Made by a program: the position numbers and the translations under genes
Notes under the pieces: generated by a model
Told to the model about the DNA's origin: nothing
Seen by the model: the letters and a program-made list of their open reading frames with translations, nothing else
The model's database searches: none
Shown: one piece after another, positions 44,201 through 52,430 of the stretch
Position numbering within the stretch: position 1 is the first letter of the stretch
Layout of the letters: the number at the start of each line of letters is the position of its first letter
Assembly: GCA_044867425.1 (NCBI GenBank)
Contig: JBIOUX010000167.1
Span: 20,365 to 84,364 of the forward strand
Reading direction: 5' to 3'
Length of the DNA stretch: 64,000 nt
Source of the DNA: Acidimicrobiia bacterium
GTDB lineage: Bacteria; Actinomycetota; Acidimicrobiia; IMCC26256; BP-133

Positions 44201-45040
44201 CAACCGGGCGTAGAGGGGCAGGATCTCGGTGGCGGGAAGGTCGACGGCCGCCAGGGCGTCGGCGGCGTCGCGGATCTCCCGTTCCCCGGAGAGGAACACC
44301 AGGATGTCGCCCGGCCCCTCCGTCATGAGCTCGGCTACCGCCTCGCAGATGGCCTCGGCCTGGTCGGTGTCCTCGGCCAGGGGCCGGTAGCGGACCTCCA
44401 CCGGGTAGGTACGTCCCGACACCTCCACCACCGGGGCGCCGTCGAAGTGGGCCGCGAACCGCTCGGTGTCGATGGTGGCTGAAGTGATCACCACCTTGAG
44501 GTCCGGTCGCTGGGGCAGCAGCTGCTTGAGGTAGCCGAGGAGGAAGTCGATGTTGAGGCTGCGCTCGTGGGCCTCGTCGATGATCAGCGTGTCGTAGCCG
44601 GACAGCAGGCGGTCACGCTGGATCTCGGCCAGGAGGATGCCATCGGTCATGACCTTGACCAGGGTGGCGTCGCCCACCCGGTCGGTGAAGCGCACGGCGT
44701 AGCCGACGGCGCCGCCCACCTCCGTCCCGAGCTCGGTGGCGATCCGCTCGGCGATGGTGCGCGCCGCCAGCCGGCGGGGCTGGGTGTGGCCGATGAGACC
44801 CTCGGTGCCCCGGCCCAGTTCCAGGCACATCTTGGGCAGCTGGGTGCTCTTCCCCGAACCCGTCTCCCCGGCGACGATCACCACCTGGTGGTCGCCGATG
44901 GCGCCCAGGATGTCGTCCTTCCTGGCGGTGATGGGCAGCTCGGCCGGGTACTGCGGAACGGGCCGGGCGGAGCGCCGGAGCTCCAGCCGGCGCCGCTCCG
45001 CCGGCGACGGCCGGCCCGGCTCGGCCGATCTCGGGGACAC
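41258..45040 (-). CDS. hrpA: ATP-dependent RNA helicase HrpA; start approximate (GTG 45040)
   Basis: GETGSGKSTQLPK, HTQPRRLAAR, IIDEAHERS, SATID, ATNVAETS, QRAGRCGR, EELRVSLFAQ C-terminus. Confidence 0.95.
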   Translation of the reverse strand: MSPRSAEPGRPSPAERRRLELRRSARPVPQYPAELPITARKDDILGAIGDHQVVIVAGETGSGKSTQLPKMCLELGRGTEGLIGHTQPRRLAARTIAERIATELGTEVGGAVGYAVRFTDRVGDATLVKVMTDGILLAEIQRDRLLSGYDTLIIDEAHERSLNIDFLLGYLKQLLPQRPDLKVVITSATIDTERFAAHFDGAPVVEVSGRTYPVEVRYRPLAEDTDQAEAICEAVAELMTEGPGDILVFLSGEREIRDAADALAAVDLPATEILPLYARLSAAEQHRVFQPHPVSSGTPRAPGRRVVLATNVAETSLTVPGIRYVVDPGTARISRYNCRTKVQRLPIEAVSQASANQRAGRCGRVAPGICLRLYAEDDFAARPEFTEPEILRTNLASVILQMEALGLGDMARFPFVEAPDARNIKDGVALLEELGALDPAAHEPSRRLTRLGRRLARLPLDPRLGRMVLEAESHGCIHEVMVITAALAIQDPRERPADKQQAADEWHGRFAGGDSDFLAYLRLWDHLTEQAEALSSNQFRKRCRAEFLNYLRVREWQDIYGQLRQVTRSLGLQVNTQPGNPDRIHLSLLAGLLSHIGARDGTTRDYQGARGARFAIAPGSSLFKATPRWVMAAELVETNRLWARVAARIQPEWAERLGAHLVKRSYSEPHWDAEHGEAMAYERVALYGLPIVTARRVGYGRVDPAGARELFIRHALVEGEWRTHHRFVEHNARLVEEVRTLEARTRRRDLLVDEEVLVAFYDERLPGVVTSARHFDRWWKDEQPAQPHLFDFTLEGLLDPGAGPVSRADHPDRWAVGEATLALEYEFDPTSESDGITVTVPLPLLDGLEGAGFDWQIPGWRHELVTALIRSLPKALRRNLVPAADYARDFLTRAGPGNGPLLPVLARELTRMSGEPVGGADFDPGRLPAHLRITFRVEDESGRTLAAGRDLDELRRRLADRMRAAVAGAARSFERSGLRAWDFGRLPHTVEVSWAGHTVEAYPALVDEVDSVAVRVLTSPAAQERAMWTGTRRLLLLAVPSPAKAVQRQLANDTKLVLARSPYGSAAELLGDCISAAVDRLMADHGGPAWDESGFSELRAAVERGLVDTAVYVATVTGGILVVAGMVEDRLDATTAAPLRPAVADMRRQLSGLVFPGFVGAAGVERLGDVLRYLEAMERRLDKLAQGTRRDTDLMGRVQALEGEYHQLRDARPGDAEVEAVRWMLEELRVSLFAQTLGTAHPVSEQRIRREMDRLRAAPS
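44133..44164 (+). repeat. R27 copy inside hrpA, read antisense as PVSSGTPRA
   Basis: CCCGGGGCCCGGGGTGTCCCCGAAG, matching the dapF copy core. Confidence 0.85.
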
Positions 45041-45053
45041 CCCGACCCCCGGG
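45031..45053 (-). repeat. R27 copy at the pabB/hrpA junction
   Basis: Reverse complement CCCGGGGGTCGGGGTGTCCCCGA; contains the in-frame GTG proposed as hrpA start. Confidence 0.75.
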
Positions 45054-45060
45054 CGCCCGG

Positions 45061-46338
45061 CTACCGGGTCCCGCCGGGGGTCCCCGACGGAACCTCTGGT
45101 TCCGGCGGGTTCGGGCCGGCGGCGGCCAGGAGGCGGGCCACCTTGAGCTCGGTCTCGCGCCACTCGGCCACCGGGTCGGAGTCGGCCACGATGCCCGCCC
45201 CGACCCCCAGCTCGGTGCCCGCGGCCGTGACCACGAAGGTACGGATGGCGACGTTGAGGTCCAGCGCCGCCCGATCGGCGTCGATCCAGCCCACCGCCCC
45301 GCAGTAGGCGCCCCGGGGGGAGGCCTCCAGGTCCTCGATGGCCTGGAGGACCCGGGGCTTGGGTGCCCCCGTCACCGAGGCCGGCGGGAAGGTGGCCCGC
45401 AGCAGGGCGCCGGTCCCCACTCCGGCCCGCAGGGTTCCCTGCACCGTGCTCACCAGGTGGTGCAGGCCCGGGTGCGGCTCCACCCGGCACAGCTCGGGGA
45501 CGGTCACGGAGCCGAACTCGCACACCCGGCCGAGATCGTTGCGGGCCAGGTCGACGATCATCACGTTCTCGGCCCGGTCCTTGGCGCTGCCGGCCAGCAC
45601 GGCCGCCTCCGCCGCCGTGCCCTTGATGGGCCGGGTCTCGACGCGGCGTCCCTGGCGGCGCAGGAAGCGCTCGGGTGAGGCCGACACCACCGCCATCCCG
45701 CCGAGTCGGACCAGGGCGGCATGGGGGGCGGGATTGTGGCGGGCCAGGGCGGCAAAGAGTCCCACCGGGTCGGCGGCGACGGGGCAGGTGAGGCGACGGG
45801 TGAGGTTGACCTGGTAGCACTCGCCCGCCTCGATGAGGTCCAGCGCCGCTCGCACGCCGGACTCGAAGGCATCCCGGGACAGGTCCGATGACCACGGCCC
45901 GAGCGGCGCCGGTGGGGCGAGGATGGCCTGGCCGGCGCCTGCGACGAGGCCGGCCAGGACGGGCGCCGTCCGGCCGTCGCCTTCCACCCGGGCGCCGTCG
46001 GGGTCGATGACGAGCCGGGCGTCGAAGCGGGCCAGGGCCAGGTCGGGCAACCACGGGGCCGTCGCCCGCCGGGGGCACACCCGCTCCACCGCCCGCCCGA
46101 GGTCGTAGCCGGCAGAGCCGGCCCACCAGCCCGACGTGAGCGCGTCGAGCACGGCGAAGGCGTCCGCCCCCCGGGCCGTCACCGTCTCCTCCGGCTCGAC
46201 GGCCACCACCCAGGCGGCGCCGTCGCGCACCACGGCCATGTCGACGCCGGCCGGGAGGCCGGCCAGCACCCCGAGGAGCGACGCCGGGGGCGCATCCTCC
46301 CGGCCCAGGAAGGCGGCGACGGTGGCGGCGGGGGGCAT
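45061..46338 (-). CDS. Chorismate-binding enzyme (aminodeoxychorismate synthase component I / anthranilate synthase family)
   Basis: GECYQVNL, SASPERFL, TRPIKGT, KDRAENVMIVDLARNDLG, FPPASVTGAPK, LNVAIRT, GAGIVADS. Confidence 0.88.
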   Translation of the reverse strand: MPPAATVAAFLGREDAPPASLLGVLAGLPAGVDMAVVRDGAAWVVAVEPEETVTARGADAFAVLDALTSGWWAGSAGYDLGRAVERVCPRRATAPWLPDLALARFDARLVIDPDGARVEGDGRTAPVLAGLVAGAGQAILAPPAPLGPWSSDLSRDAFESGVRAALDLIEAGECYQVNLTRRLTCPVAADPVGLFAALARHNPAPHAALVRLGGMAVVSASPERFLRRQGRRVETRPIKGTAAEAAVLAGSAKDRAENVMIVDLARNDLGRVCEFGSVTVPELCRVEPHPGLHHLVSTVQGTLRAGVGTGALLRATFPPASVTGAPKPRVLQAIEDLEASPRGAYCGAVGWIDADRAALDLNVAIRTFVVTAAGTELGVGAGIVADSDPVAEWRETELKVARLLAAAGPNPPEPEVPSGTPGGTR

Positions 46339-46392
46339 AGCCAGCAAGGTAATCCGCCCGGCCCGGCGCCGGACCGGGGCAGCGCTCGCGGC

Positions 46393-47196
46393 CTAGTGGT
46401 CGATCAGCACGCCGGCCCGGGCCCGGCGTTCGGCGGCGGCGCCCACGACCGCGAAGCCGAGAGCCAGGACTCCCCACAGCAGCAGGTTCCCGCCCAGGGA
46501 GGCGAGACGGAACCGCCACAACAGGGTCGCCGGCACGGCGATCTCGTCGGGCGGCGGGGGCATGAGGGCGTAGATCACGGCCATGGGGAGGACCACGGTG
46601 AGAGCCACCAGCAGCAGGCGCTGCTCGTCGACCCAGCCCGCGGTGCGCAGCCGGGCCGAGAGCTGGGCGGCGACGATGAGCACGAGAAGCGTCAGGACGA
46701 TGACGGCGGCGTAGAGGGTCTGGCGCTCGGAGAGGGTGGCGGGATCGCCGACCGCCGGGGGGTTGGGCGGGTACTTGAGCCAGGGGGAGACGGTGATGGC
46801 GCCGGCCAGCACCGCCCCCGCCACCAGCGCCCGGGAGGGCAGGCGGGGTATCCGCTTGCGCAGGGCGAGGAAGGTCACACCGAACAGGGCGCCGAAGGCG
46901 GCGCCGGCCAGGGCGTAGGCGCCGAAGAGTCCCACGCCCCGCTGGACGTCCCGGGACACCTCGGGCGCCTCCTCGTGGCCCGGACTCCCGAGCCCCTCCT
47001 GGTCGAGCCCCGTGGCACCGGTGTGATCGGCGCCCTGGGCGGCATTGGCCTCCTCGATGGCGATGGCGTCCTCGATTGACGGCTCGCCCGTCACGGAGAG
47101 GAAGGCGGCGCTCACCAGCCCGGCGAGCACGCCGAGGAGCACCGCCCCCAGGAGGGCGGAGCTTGGCCGAGCCGGGTCGAACCGGCGGAACATCAC
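46393..47196 (-). CDS. cbtA: CbtA-family cobalt transporter subunit
   Basis: GEPSIEDAIAIEE, VSRDVQ, PWLKYPPNPPAVG, LLWRFRLASL; adjacent cbtB. Confidence 0.85.
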   Translation of the reverse strand: MMFRRFDPARPSSALLGAVLLGVLAGLVSAAFLSVTGEPSIEDAIAIEEANAAQGADHTGATGLDQEGLGSPGHEEAPEVSRDVQRGVGLFGAYALAGAAFGALFGVTFLALRKRIPRLPSRALVAGAVLAGAITVSPWLKYPPNPPAVGDPATLSERQTLYAAVIVLTLLVLIVAAQLSARLRTAGWVDEQRLLLVALTVVLPMAVIYALMPPPPDEIAVPATLLWRFRLASLGGNLLLWGVLALGFAVVGAAAERRARAGVLIDH

Positions 47197-47220
47197 TGGC
47201 CCATCACCGGCGCCGGCGGG

Positions 47221-47421
47221 TCAGTGGCAGGGCACGCCGAGGAGGTGGCGACCGTCGTGGAAGGCCTCGTGCAGGAAGCTGGCGGAGCCGCTGAGCGCCC
47301 GTGACAGGGAGCCACCCTCGAAGGTCACCAGCCACAGAACACCGACCGCCAGGGCCACGGCCAGCCACACCCAGCGGGGGACCGGTAGAGCGACGGGACG
47401 GGTGGTGGTGATCGCAGTCAT
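47221..47421 (-). CDS. cbtB: CbtB-family cobalt transporter subunit (66 aa)
   Basis: TM helix then LHEAFHDGRHLLGVPCH; GGAGG SD. Confidence 0.88.
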   Translation of the reverse strand: MTAITTTRPVALPVPRWVWLAVALAVGVLWLVTFEGGSLSRALSGSASFLHEAFHDGRHLLGVPCH

Positions 47422-47438
47422 CGAACCTCCATTGGACA

Positions 47439-47481
47439 GGACCATGCCGGCCCGCACCGGCTTCCCGGACGCCTCGGCGCC
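47439..47481 (-). promoter_or_regulatory. Partial cobalamin-riboswitch-like sequence (5' half only)
   Basis: GGCGCCGAGGCGTCC-GGGAA-GCCGGTGCGGGCCGGC-ATGGTCC upstream of cbtB; 3' B12-box elements not found. Confidence 0.45.
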
Positions 47482-47510
47482 GTACGTTAGCCCAGCCCTC
47501 CGGCGACCGC

Positions 47511-48590
47511 TCACCTGTCCTTGTCGGTCACCCCGGCGGCGTCGAAGGTGGCCATCTCGCCCAGCAGGCGGGCGGCCGACTCGAGGACGGGCAGGGCCAG
47601 GCAGGCGCCCGTCCCCTCACCCAGGCGCAGGCCGAGGTCGAGGACCGGCTCCAGCCCCAGCTCGTCCAGCACGACGGCGGCGCCGGGCTCGACGGAGCGG
47701 TGGCCGGCGACGCAGCGGGCCGCCACGCCGGGGACGAGGCGCTCGGCCACCAGCAGGGCGGCGTCGGCGATGACCCCGTCGATGACGACCGGGACTCCGG
47801 CCGCCGCTCCGCCCACCACGAAGCCGGTGAGAGCGGCCAGCTCCAGCCCGCCGACGGCGGCCAGGGTGGCCCGCGGACCGGCCGCCAGCGCCCCGGCATG
47901 GACGGTCAGCGCCCGGTCCACTACCGCCACCTTGCGGGCCAGGGTGGCGTCGTCGACGCCCGTTCCCCGCCCGGTGACCTCGGCCGCCGGCCGGCCGGTG
48001 AGGGCGGCGATCACCGCCGCCGCCGGCGTGGTGTTGCCGATGCCCATCTCGCCGGTCACCAGCGCCCGGGCCCCCCCGGCCGCCAGCTCGGTGGCCGTTT
48101 GCGCGCCCACGTCCAGCGCCGCCCCGCACTGGTCGCGGGTCATGGCCGGGGCCACGGCGAGGTTGGCGGTACCCAACGCCACCTTGCGGACCAACAGGCC
48201 GGCGGTGTCGCCACCGGCGACCGGGATCGGTGTCGCCACCCCGACGTCGATCACCACCACCCTGGCTCCCACCTGGCGGGCCAGCACGTTGATGGCGGCC
48301 CCGCCGGCCAGGAAGTTGGCCACCATCTGGGCGGTCACGTCCTGGACCCAGGGCGTCACGCCCTCGGCCACCACCCCGTGATCGCCGGCGAAGACCGCTA
48401 CCGCCCCGGGATGGGGCACCGGGGGCGGGCACCGCCCGGCGATGCCGGCGAGCTGGACCCCGAGCGCCTCCAGGCGTCCCAGGGCTCCCCGGGGCTTGGT
48501 CAGGCGGTCCTGGAGGGCGGCCGCTTCGGCGGCGGCGCCCGGATCGGTGGGTTGTACGGCGCCCGCCGCCTGTTCGAACGCTCCCGTCAT
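47511..48590 (-). CDS. cobT: Nicotinate-nucleotide-dimethylbenzimidazole phosphoribosyltransferase
   Basis: LTKPRGALGRLE, FAGDHGV, GGAAINVL, GEMGIGNTT, GRGTG, LRLGEGTGA. Confidence 0.95.
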   Translation of the reverse strand: MTGAFEQAAGAVQPTDPGAAAEAAALQDRLTKPRGALGRLEALGVQLAGIAGRCPPPVPHPGAVAVFAGDHGVVAEGVTPWVQDVTAQMVANFLAGGAAINVLARQVGARVVVIDVGVATPIPVAGGDTAGLLVRKVALGTANLAVAPAMTRDQCGAALDVGAQTATELAAGGARALVTGEMGIGNTTPAAAVIAALTGRPAAEVTGRGTGVDDATLARKVAVVDRALTVHAGALAAGPRATLAAVGGLELAALTGFVVGGAAAGVPVVIDGVIADAALLVAERLVPGVAARCVAGHRSVEPGAAVVLDELGLEPVLDLGLRLGEGTGACLALPVLESAARLLGEMATFDAAGVTDKDR

Positions 48591-48661
48591 CGGCCGCCGG
48601 CTCCTGGGCTTCCCGGTCGCCACCGAGGCTCTGATCCTGTGACCAGCGGGTTCGCGCCGGG

Positions 48662-48897
48662 GTCGAAAATTCCCGTCACTGGTAAGCCTTCCCTGGCAGG
48701 AACGACATCAGATATGTCGAAATTGTGACGGGCCGAGCACTTGAGCGTGGTAACGGGGGGAACCACGACTGGTGCTCGTCACGGAGCCCGAGCCCCCCTC
48801 GGCACATGGCGTTTTGCGGAACTCTGGTGCGGTGTCGGCCTCGCGGCCTTGATACCCCGGAGTGAGAGCAATTCTCCGCCGGGGTGGGGCCGGGCTC
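48662..48897. ncRNA. Candidate structured RNA of unknown class
   Basis: Multiple nested stems and complementary G6/C6 loops (see findings); no known family recognised. Confidence 0.35.
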
Positions 48898-49780
48898 AAC
48901 TTTGTCCGGGCCGCTGGCGCACGGGCGGGCGCTAGCTTCGCCGGTCGTGCCCGCCATTCCCGCCGAGGTCGCCGCCCTCCTCGGCCCCGTGCCCGAGGAC
49001 CGCTCGGGCGAAGGCGGCGGCTGCGTGCTGGCCGGCAACGGACACGTGGCCCGGATCGGTCCCCCGGAGGTCGTGGGTCGGGAGGCGTTCGTCCTCGGCC
49101 TCGACGCCCTGCCCGTCGCCCGGCCCGCCCTGGTGGCCGCCGGCGAGGGTTGGGTGGTCACCGCCGAGGTGGCCGACCATGACGGCAGCTGGAGCCGGGG
49201 CGACCTCCACGGCGCCCTGTCCGACCTCGGCCGGCTCCACGACCATTACCAGGCGGCGCTTCCCACCGGCGCCGGCGCTGTCCTGCGCCGGCCCTTCGAC
49301 GGTGCCACCACCGACCGGTTGCTGGCCGGGTCACGGCCGCACACCCACCTCCTCCCGCCGCTCCTGGCCCGCCTGCTGGGCGACCCCGAACCGTTGCTGG
49401 ACGTGCTGAGCCGGGAGCCGGTGACGCTCCTGCACGGCGACCCGTGGCCGGCCAACGTCCGCCGGCCCGGGCCCGGGCGCCGGGTGTGGGTGGACTGGGA
49501 GCAGGCGTCGGTGGGCCCGGCGGCGGCCGACCTGGCCACCTGGCTCGACCAGACCCCGTGGTACCTGCGCCGGGAGATCGACGTCGACGAGCACGTGGCG
49601 GACTACCTGGGCGCCCGCCGCCGTCCGGTCGACCCGGCGGCCTTCCGCCAGGCGGTCGACGCCGCCGCCGTGGTGTGGTTCCTGGCCTTCGACGTGCCCC
49701 GGCTCTCCGAGGCGCCGCCGTGGCTGGCGGAGCACATGGTGGGGGCCAAGGACGAAGCGGCCCATCGGGTCCTCGGCTGA
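48884..49780 (+). CDS. APH/choline-kinase-like phosphotransferase; start uncertain
   Basis: TLLHGDPWPANV, WVDWEQASVGPAAADLA. Confidence 0.75.
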   Translation: MGPGSTLSGPLAHGRALASPVVPAIPAEVAALLGPVPEDRSGEGGGCVLAGNGHVARIGPPEVVGREAFVLGLDALPVARPALVAAGEGWVVTAEVADHDGSWSRGDLHGALSDLGRLHDHYQAALPTGAGAVLRRPFDGATTDRLLAGSRPHTHLLPPLLARLLGDPEPLLDVLSREPVTLLHGDPWPANVRRPGPGRRVWVDWEQASVGPAAADLATWLDQTPWYLRREIDVDEHVADYLGARRRPVDPAAFRQAVDAAAVVWFLAFDVPRLSEAPPWLAEHMVGAKDEAAHRVLG

Positions 49781-49852
49781 CACGTTCGGGAACCGCGGGG
49801 CTGCCCGCGTCGTCCCAACCGGCAGTTGCATATCCGAGGAAGGGACCACACC

Positions 49853-51979
49853 ATGCGCCGCTCCCGCTGCCGCCGCTCCCGCCGAACCACCCTCGCCGCC
49901 ACCGCCGCCGCCCTGGCCGTCCTGACCGGCGCCTGCACGTCCGGGGCCGGGCCGGGCAAGGTCATCGCCGAGGTCGGCGTCGACCTGCGCCTCGCCTCCG
50001 CCCTGCGACCCTTCGACGCCTGCGGCGATTTCCTCGACCACGTCCGGTCGGAGGCGCTCACCCACCACGCCTTCGGCGAGGTGGCCTTCTACGGGTGGGG
50101 CCAGCGCGGCGACGTCATCGCCCTCGAGGGCCGGGCCACGGCCGCGCCCCGGCCGGTGTCGGCGCCGGTCAACGACGCGGCGGGAGAGAGCGCGGCCAAG
50201 ACCGCCGCTCCCCAGGCGTCGGGCACCAACGTCCAGGAGGCAGGGGTCGACGAGCCCGACGTGGTCAAGACCGACGGGCGGCGCATCGTCACCGTGACGT
50301 CGGGGACACCCGGAGCCCCGGAGGCCGGCGGGCGCCTCCAGGTGCTGGTGGTGGAGGACGGCCGGCACCGCCTGGCCGGTTCCCTCCCGCTGCCCGGCAA
50401 CGGCGGCGACCACGACCTGCTGCTCAGTGGGAACCGGGTGCTCGTCCGATCCTCCACGTGGTCCCCCGAGCCCGCATCCGGCTCCGTCTTCCGTGAGGCC
50501 CCGGCCTCGGACCTGATGATCGCTCCGGGCCGCCAGCGCACCGTCCTCACGCTGGTCGACATCTCCGATCCCGCCGCCCCCGCCGTCGTGTCCACCTTCG
50601 AGATCGACGGCCATGTCCTGGGCGCCCGCCTGGTGGGAGACGTGGCCCGGGTCGTGACCGGCGCCGAGCCCCAGGGCTTCACCCCCACGTACCCGACCGA
50701 CGGCTCCCCGGCCGAGCAGTCCCGGGTGGAGGCCGCCAACCGGACCCAGGTGGAGGGATCCACGCTGCGCAACTGGCTTCCGGAGTACACGCTGCGGTCG
50801 TCCGCCCCGGACGCCCCCACGGTCTCGGGCGTGGCCGTGGAGTGCGCCCGGGTGAGCCGGCCGGCCGAGTTCTCCGGGCTGGGCACCATCTCCGTGCTCA
50901 CCTTCGATCTCTCCGAGGGGCTCTCCGACGGCGACGCCGTCACCGTGCTGGCTGACGGCCAGACGGTCTACGCCTCGGAGGAGGCCCTCTACGTGGCCAC
51001 CACCCGCTACCCCGAGATCGCCCCCATGGCTGACGGCACCCTCTCCGGCGCCCCCATGGCCGGCCCCGGGGCGGCGCCGCCGGTGGTGTCCGAGGAAACC
51101 ACCGAGATCCACAAGTTCGACATCACCGGGACGGGTCCGGCCCGCCACGTCGCCTCCGGCCGGGTGCGGGGCCACCTCCTCAACCAGTTCTCCATATCGG
51201 AATTCGACGACCGCCTCCGGGTCGCCACCACGGTCTCGGCGACCGCCGCTCCGGTTCCCGGTGGCGGTACCTCCGAGAGCCTCGTCACCGTGCTCGAGGA
51301 CCGGTCCGGCGTGCTGGAGCAGGCGGGCGAGGTCGGCGGCCTGGGGCGGGGCGAGCAGATCTACGCCGTGCGCTTCATCGGCGCCGTCGGCTACGTCGTC
51401 ACCTTCCGCCAGACCGACCCGCTCTACACCATCGATCTCTCCGACCCGTCGACCCCCCGGGTGGTGGGCGAGCTCAAGATCCCCGGCTACTCGGCCTACC
51501 TCCACCCGGTGGGGGACGGGCTCCTGCTCGGGATCGGCCAGGACGCCACCGACACGGGGCGGCGCACCGGCGCCCAGGCGTCACTCTTCGACGTGAGCGA
51601 CCCGGCGCAGCCCCGCCGCCTCGACCAGGTCGCCCTCGGTGTCGGTTCGTCCGCCGCCGAGTTCGACCACCACGCCTTCTTGTGGTGGGCGCCCCGGGGC
51701 CTGGCCGTCCTGCCCCTCCAGACCTACGACCCGGTGTACTCCAGCGTGGCCGTGGGCCTGTCGGTGGACCGGGGCCGGGGTCTGGGTGAGGCCGGCCGGA
51801 TCACCCATCCCGGCGGAGCTCCCGACGGTGCGACCGGCAAGGTCGCCGGCGACGGGTCCAATTCCATCCAGCGCTCGCTGGTGATCGACGACGCCCTCTA
51901 CACCCTCTCCTCGGCCGGGATCCTGGCCAGCAACCTCGGCGATCTCACCACCCGCCAGTGGGTCGCCTTCCAGCCCTAG
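49853..51979 (+). CDS. Lipoprotein with beta-propeller (Beta_propel-type) domain
   Basis: Lipobox LTGAC; SGTNVQEAGVDEPDVVKTDG, LLNQFS, GEQIYAVRF, TFRQTDPLY, LKIPGYSAYLHP. Confidence 0.85.
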   Translation: MRRSRCRRSRRTTLAATAAALAVLTGACTSGAGPGKVIAEVGVDLRLASALRPFDACGDFLDHVRSEALTHHAFGEVAFYGWGQRGDVIALEGRATAAPRPVSAPVNDAAGESAAKTAAPQASGTNVQEAGVDEPDVVKTDGRRIVTVTSGTPGAPEAGGRLQVLVVEDGRHRLAGSLPLPGNGGDHDLLLSGNRVLVRSSTWSPEPASGSVFREAPASDLMIAPGRQRTVLTLVDISDPAAPAVVSTFEIDGHVLGARLVGDVARVVTGAEPQGFTPTYPTDGSPAEQSRVEAANRTQVEGSTLRNWLPEYTLRSSAPDAPTVSGVAVECARVSRPAEFSGLGTISVLTFDLSEGLSDGDAVTVLADGQTVYASEEALYVATTRYPEIAPMADGTLSGAPMAGPGAAPPVVSEETTEIHKFDITGTGPARHVASGRVRGHLLNQFSISEFDDRLRVATTVSATAAPVPGGGTSESLVTVLEDRSGVLEQAGEVGGLGRGEQIYAVRFIGAVGYVVTFRQTDPLYTIDLSDPSTPRVVGELKIPGYSAYLHPVGDGLLLGIGQDATDTGRRTGAQASLFDVSDPAQPRRLDQVALGVGSSAAEFDHHAFLWWAPRGLAVLPLQTYDPVYSSVAVGLSVDRGRGLGEAGRITHPGGAPDGATGKVAGDGSNSIQRSLVIDDALYTLSSAGILASNLGDLTTRQWVAFQP
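50300..50321 (-). repeat. R27 variant inside the beta-propeller gene (SGTPGAP)
   Basis: Reverse complement CCGGGGCTCCGGGTGTCCCCGA. Confidence 0.65.
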
Positions 51980-51995
51980 GTGTCGCTCTGGTGCG

Positions 51996-52430
51996 CTATC
52001 CCCGGCGGGCGCGCTCGACCGTCCGCCGGTGGAGGCGCACCCCGAAACGGGCCTCCACCTCGGCAGCCAGCACCGACGCCGGCCGGCCGGCCTCGGCGTG
52101 GAGGAAGGCAAGGATCTCGTCGTTGAGCTTGAGGGGGCCTTTGCGACCCCGGCGCTCATCGAGGAGGCCGACCATGCCGGCGGAGTCGAAGGCGGCTTCG
52201 ACGAGATAGAACGCGGCCCGGGAATAGCCGTGGCTCTGGGCGGCTGCGGTGGCGCTGAGGCCGTCGACGACGTGGGCCCGGAGCATCTCGTATTTCACCT
52301 GCACCTTGTCGGCGGGCAGGAAAAAGCTCCCCGGCCCCGCGAACAAGGGGGCGGCGACCCCAGTCGGGTCGGGATGCAACAACCCGGCCACCGCCAAGAT
52401 CTGCCACCGGTCCGACTCCGATTGTGTCAA
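51996..52430 (-). CDS. Helix-turn-helix protein of a type usually found in mobile elements
   Basis: FF.PADKVQVKYEMLRAH, GYSRAAFY, GLLDERRGRKGPLKL, LHRRTVER. Confidence 0.7.
   Translation of the reverse strand: MTQSESDRWQILAVAGLLHPDPTGVAAPLFAGPGSFFLPADKVQVKYEMLRAHVVDGLSATAAAQSHGYSRAAFYLVEAAFDSAGMVGLLDERRGRKGPLKLNDEILAFLHAEAGRPASVLAAEVEARFGVRLHRRTVERARRG

Noticed and set aside
41258-46519. 1753-aa ORF suggesting a giant HrpA or a PabB-HrpA fusion
   Set aside because: The extra N-terminal ~490 aa is low-complexity off-frame translation over the pabB-like gene, which has its own frame and stop at 45061.
48600-48720. Canonical cobalamin, TPP, SAM or c-di-AMP riboswitch upstream of cobT
   Set aside because: Isolated words (GGGAAGG, CCGGCGCGAACCCG, GGGGGAACCA) occur but not in the required order or spacing; kept only as an unclassified structured-RNA candidate.
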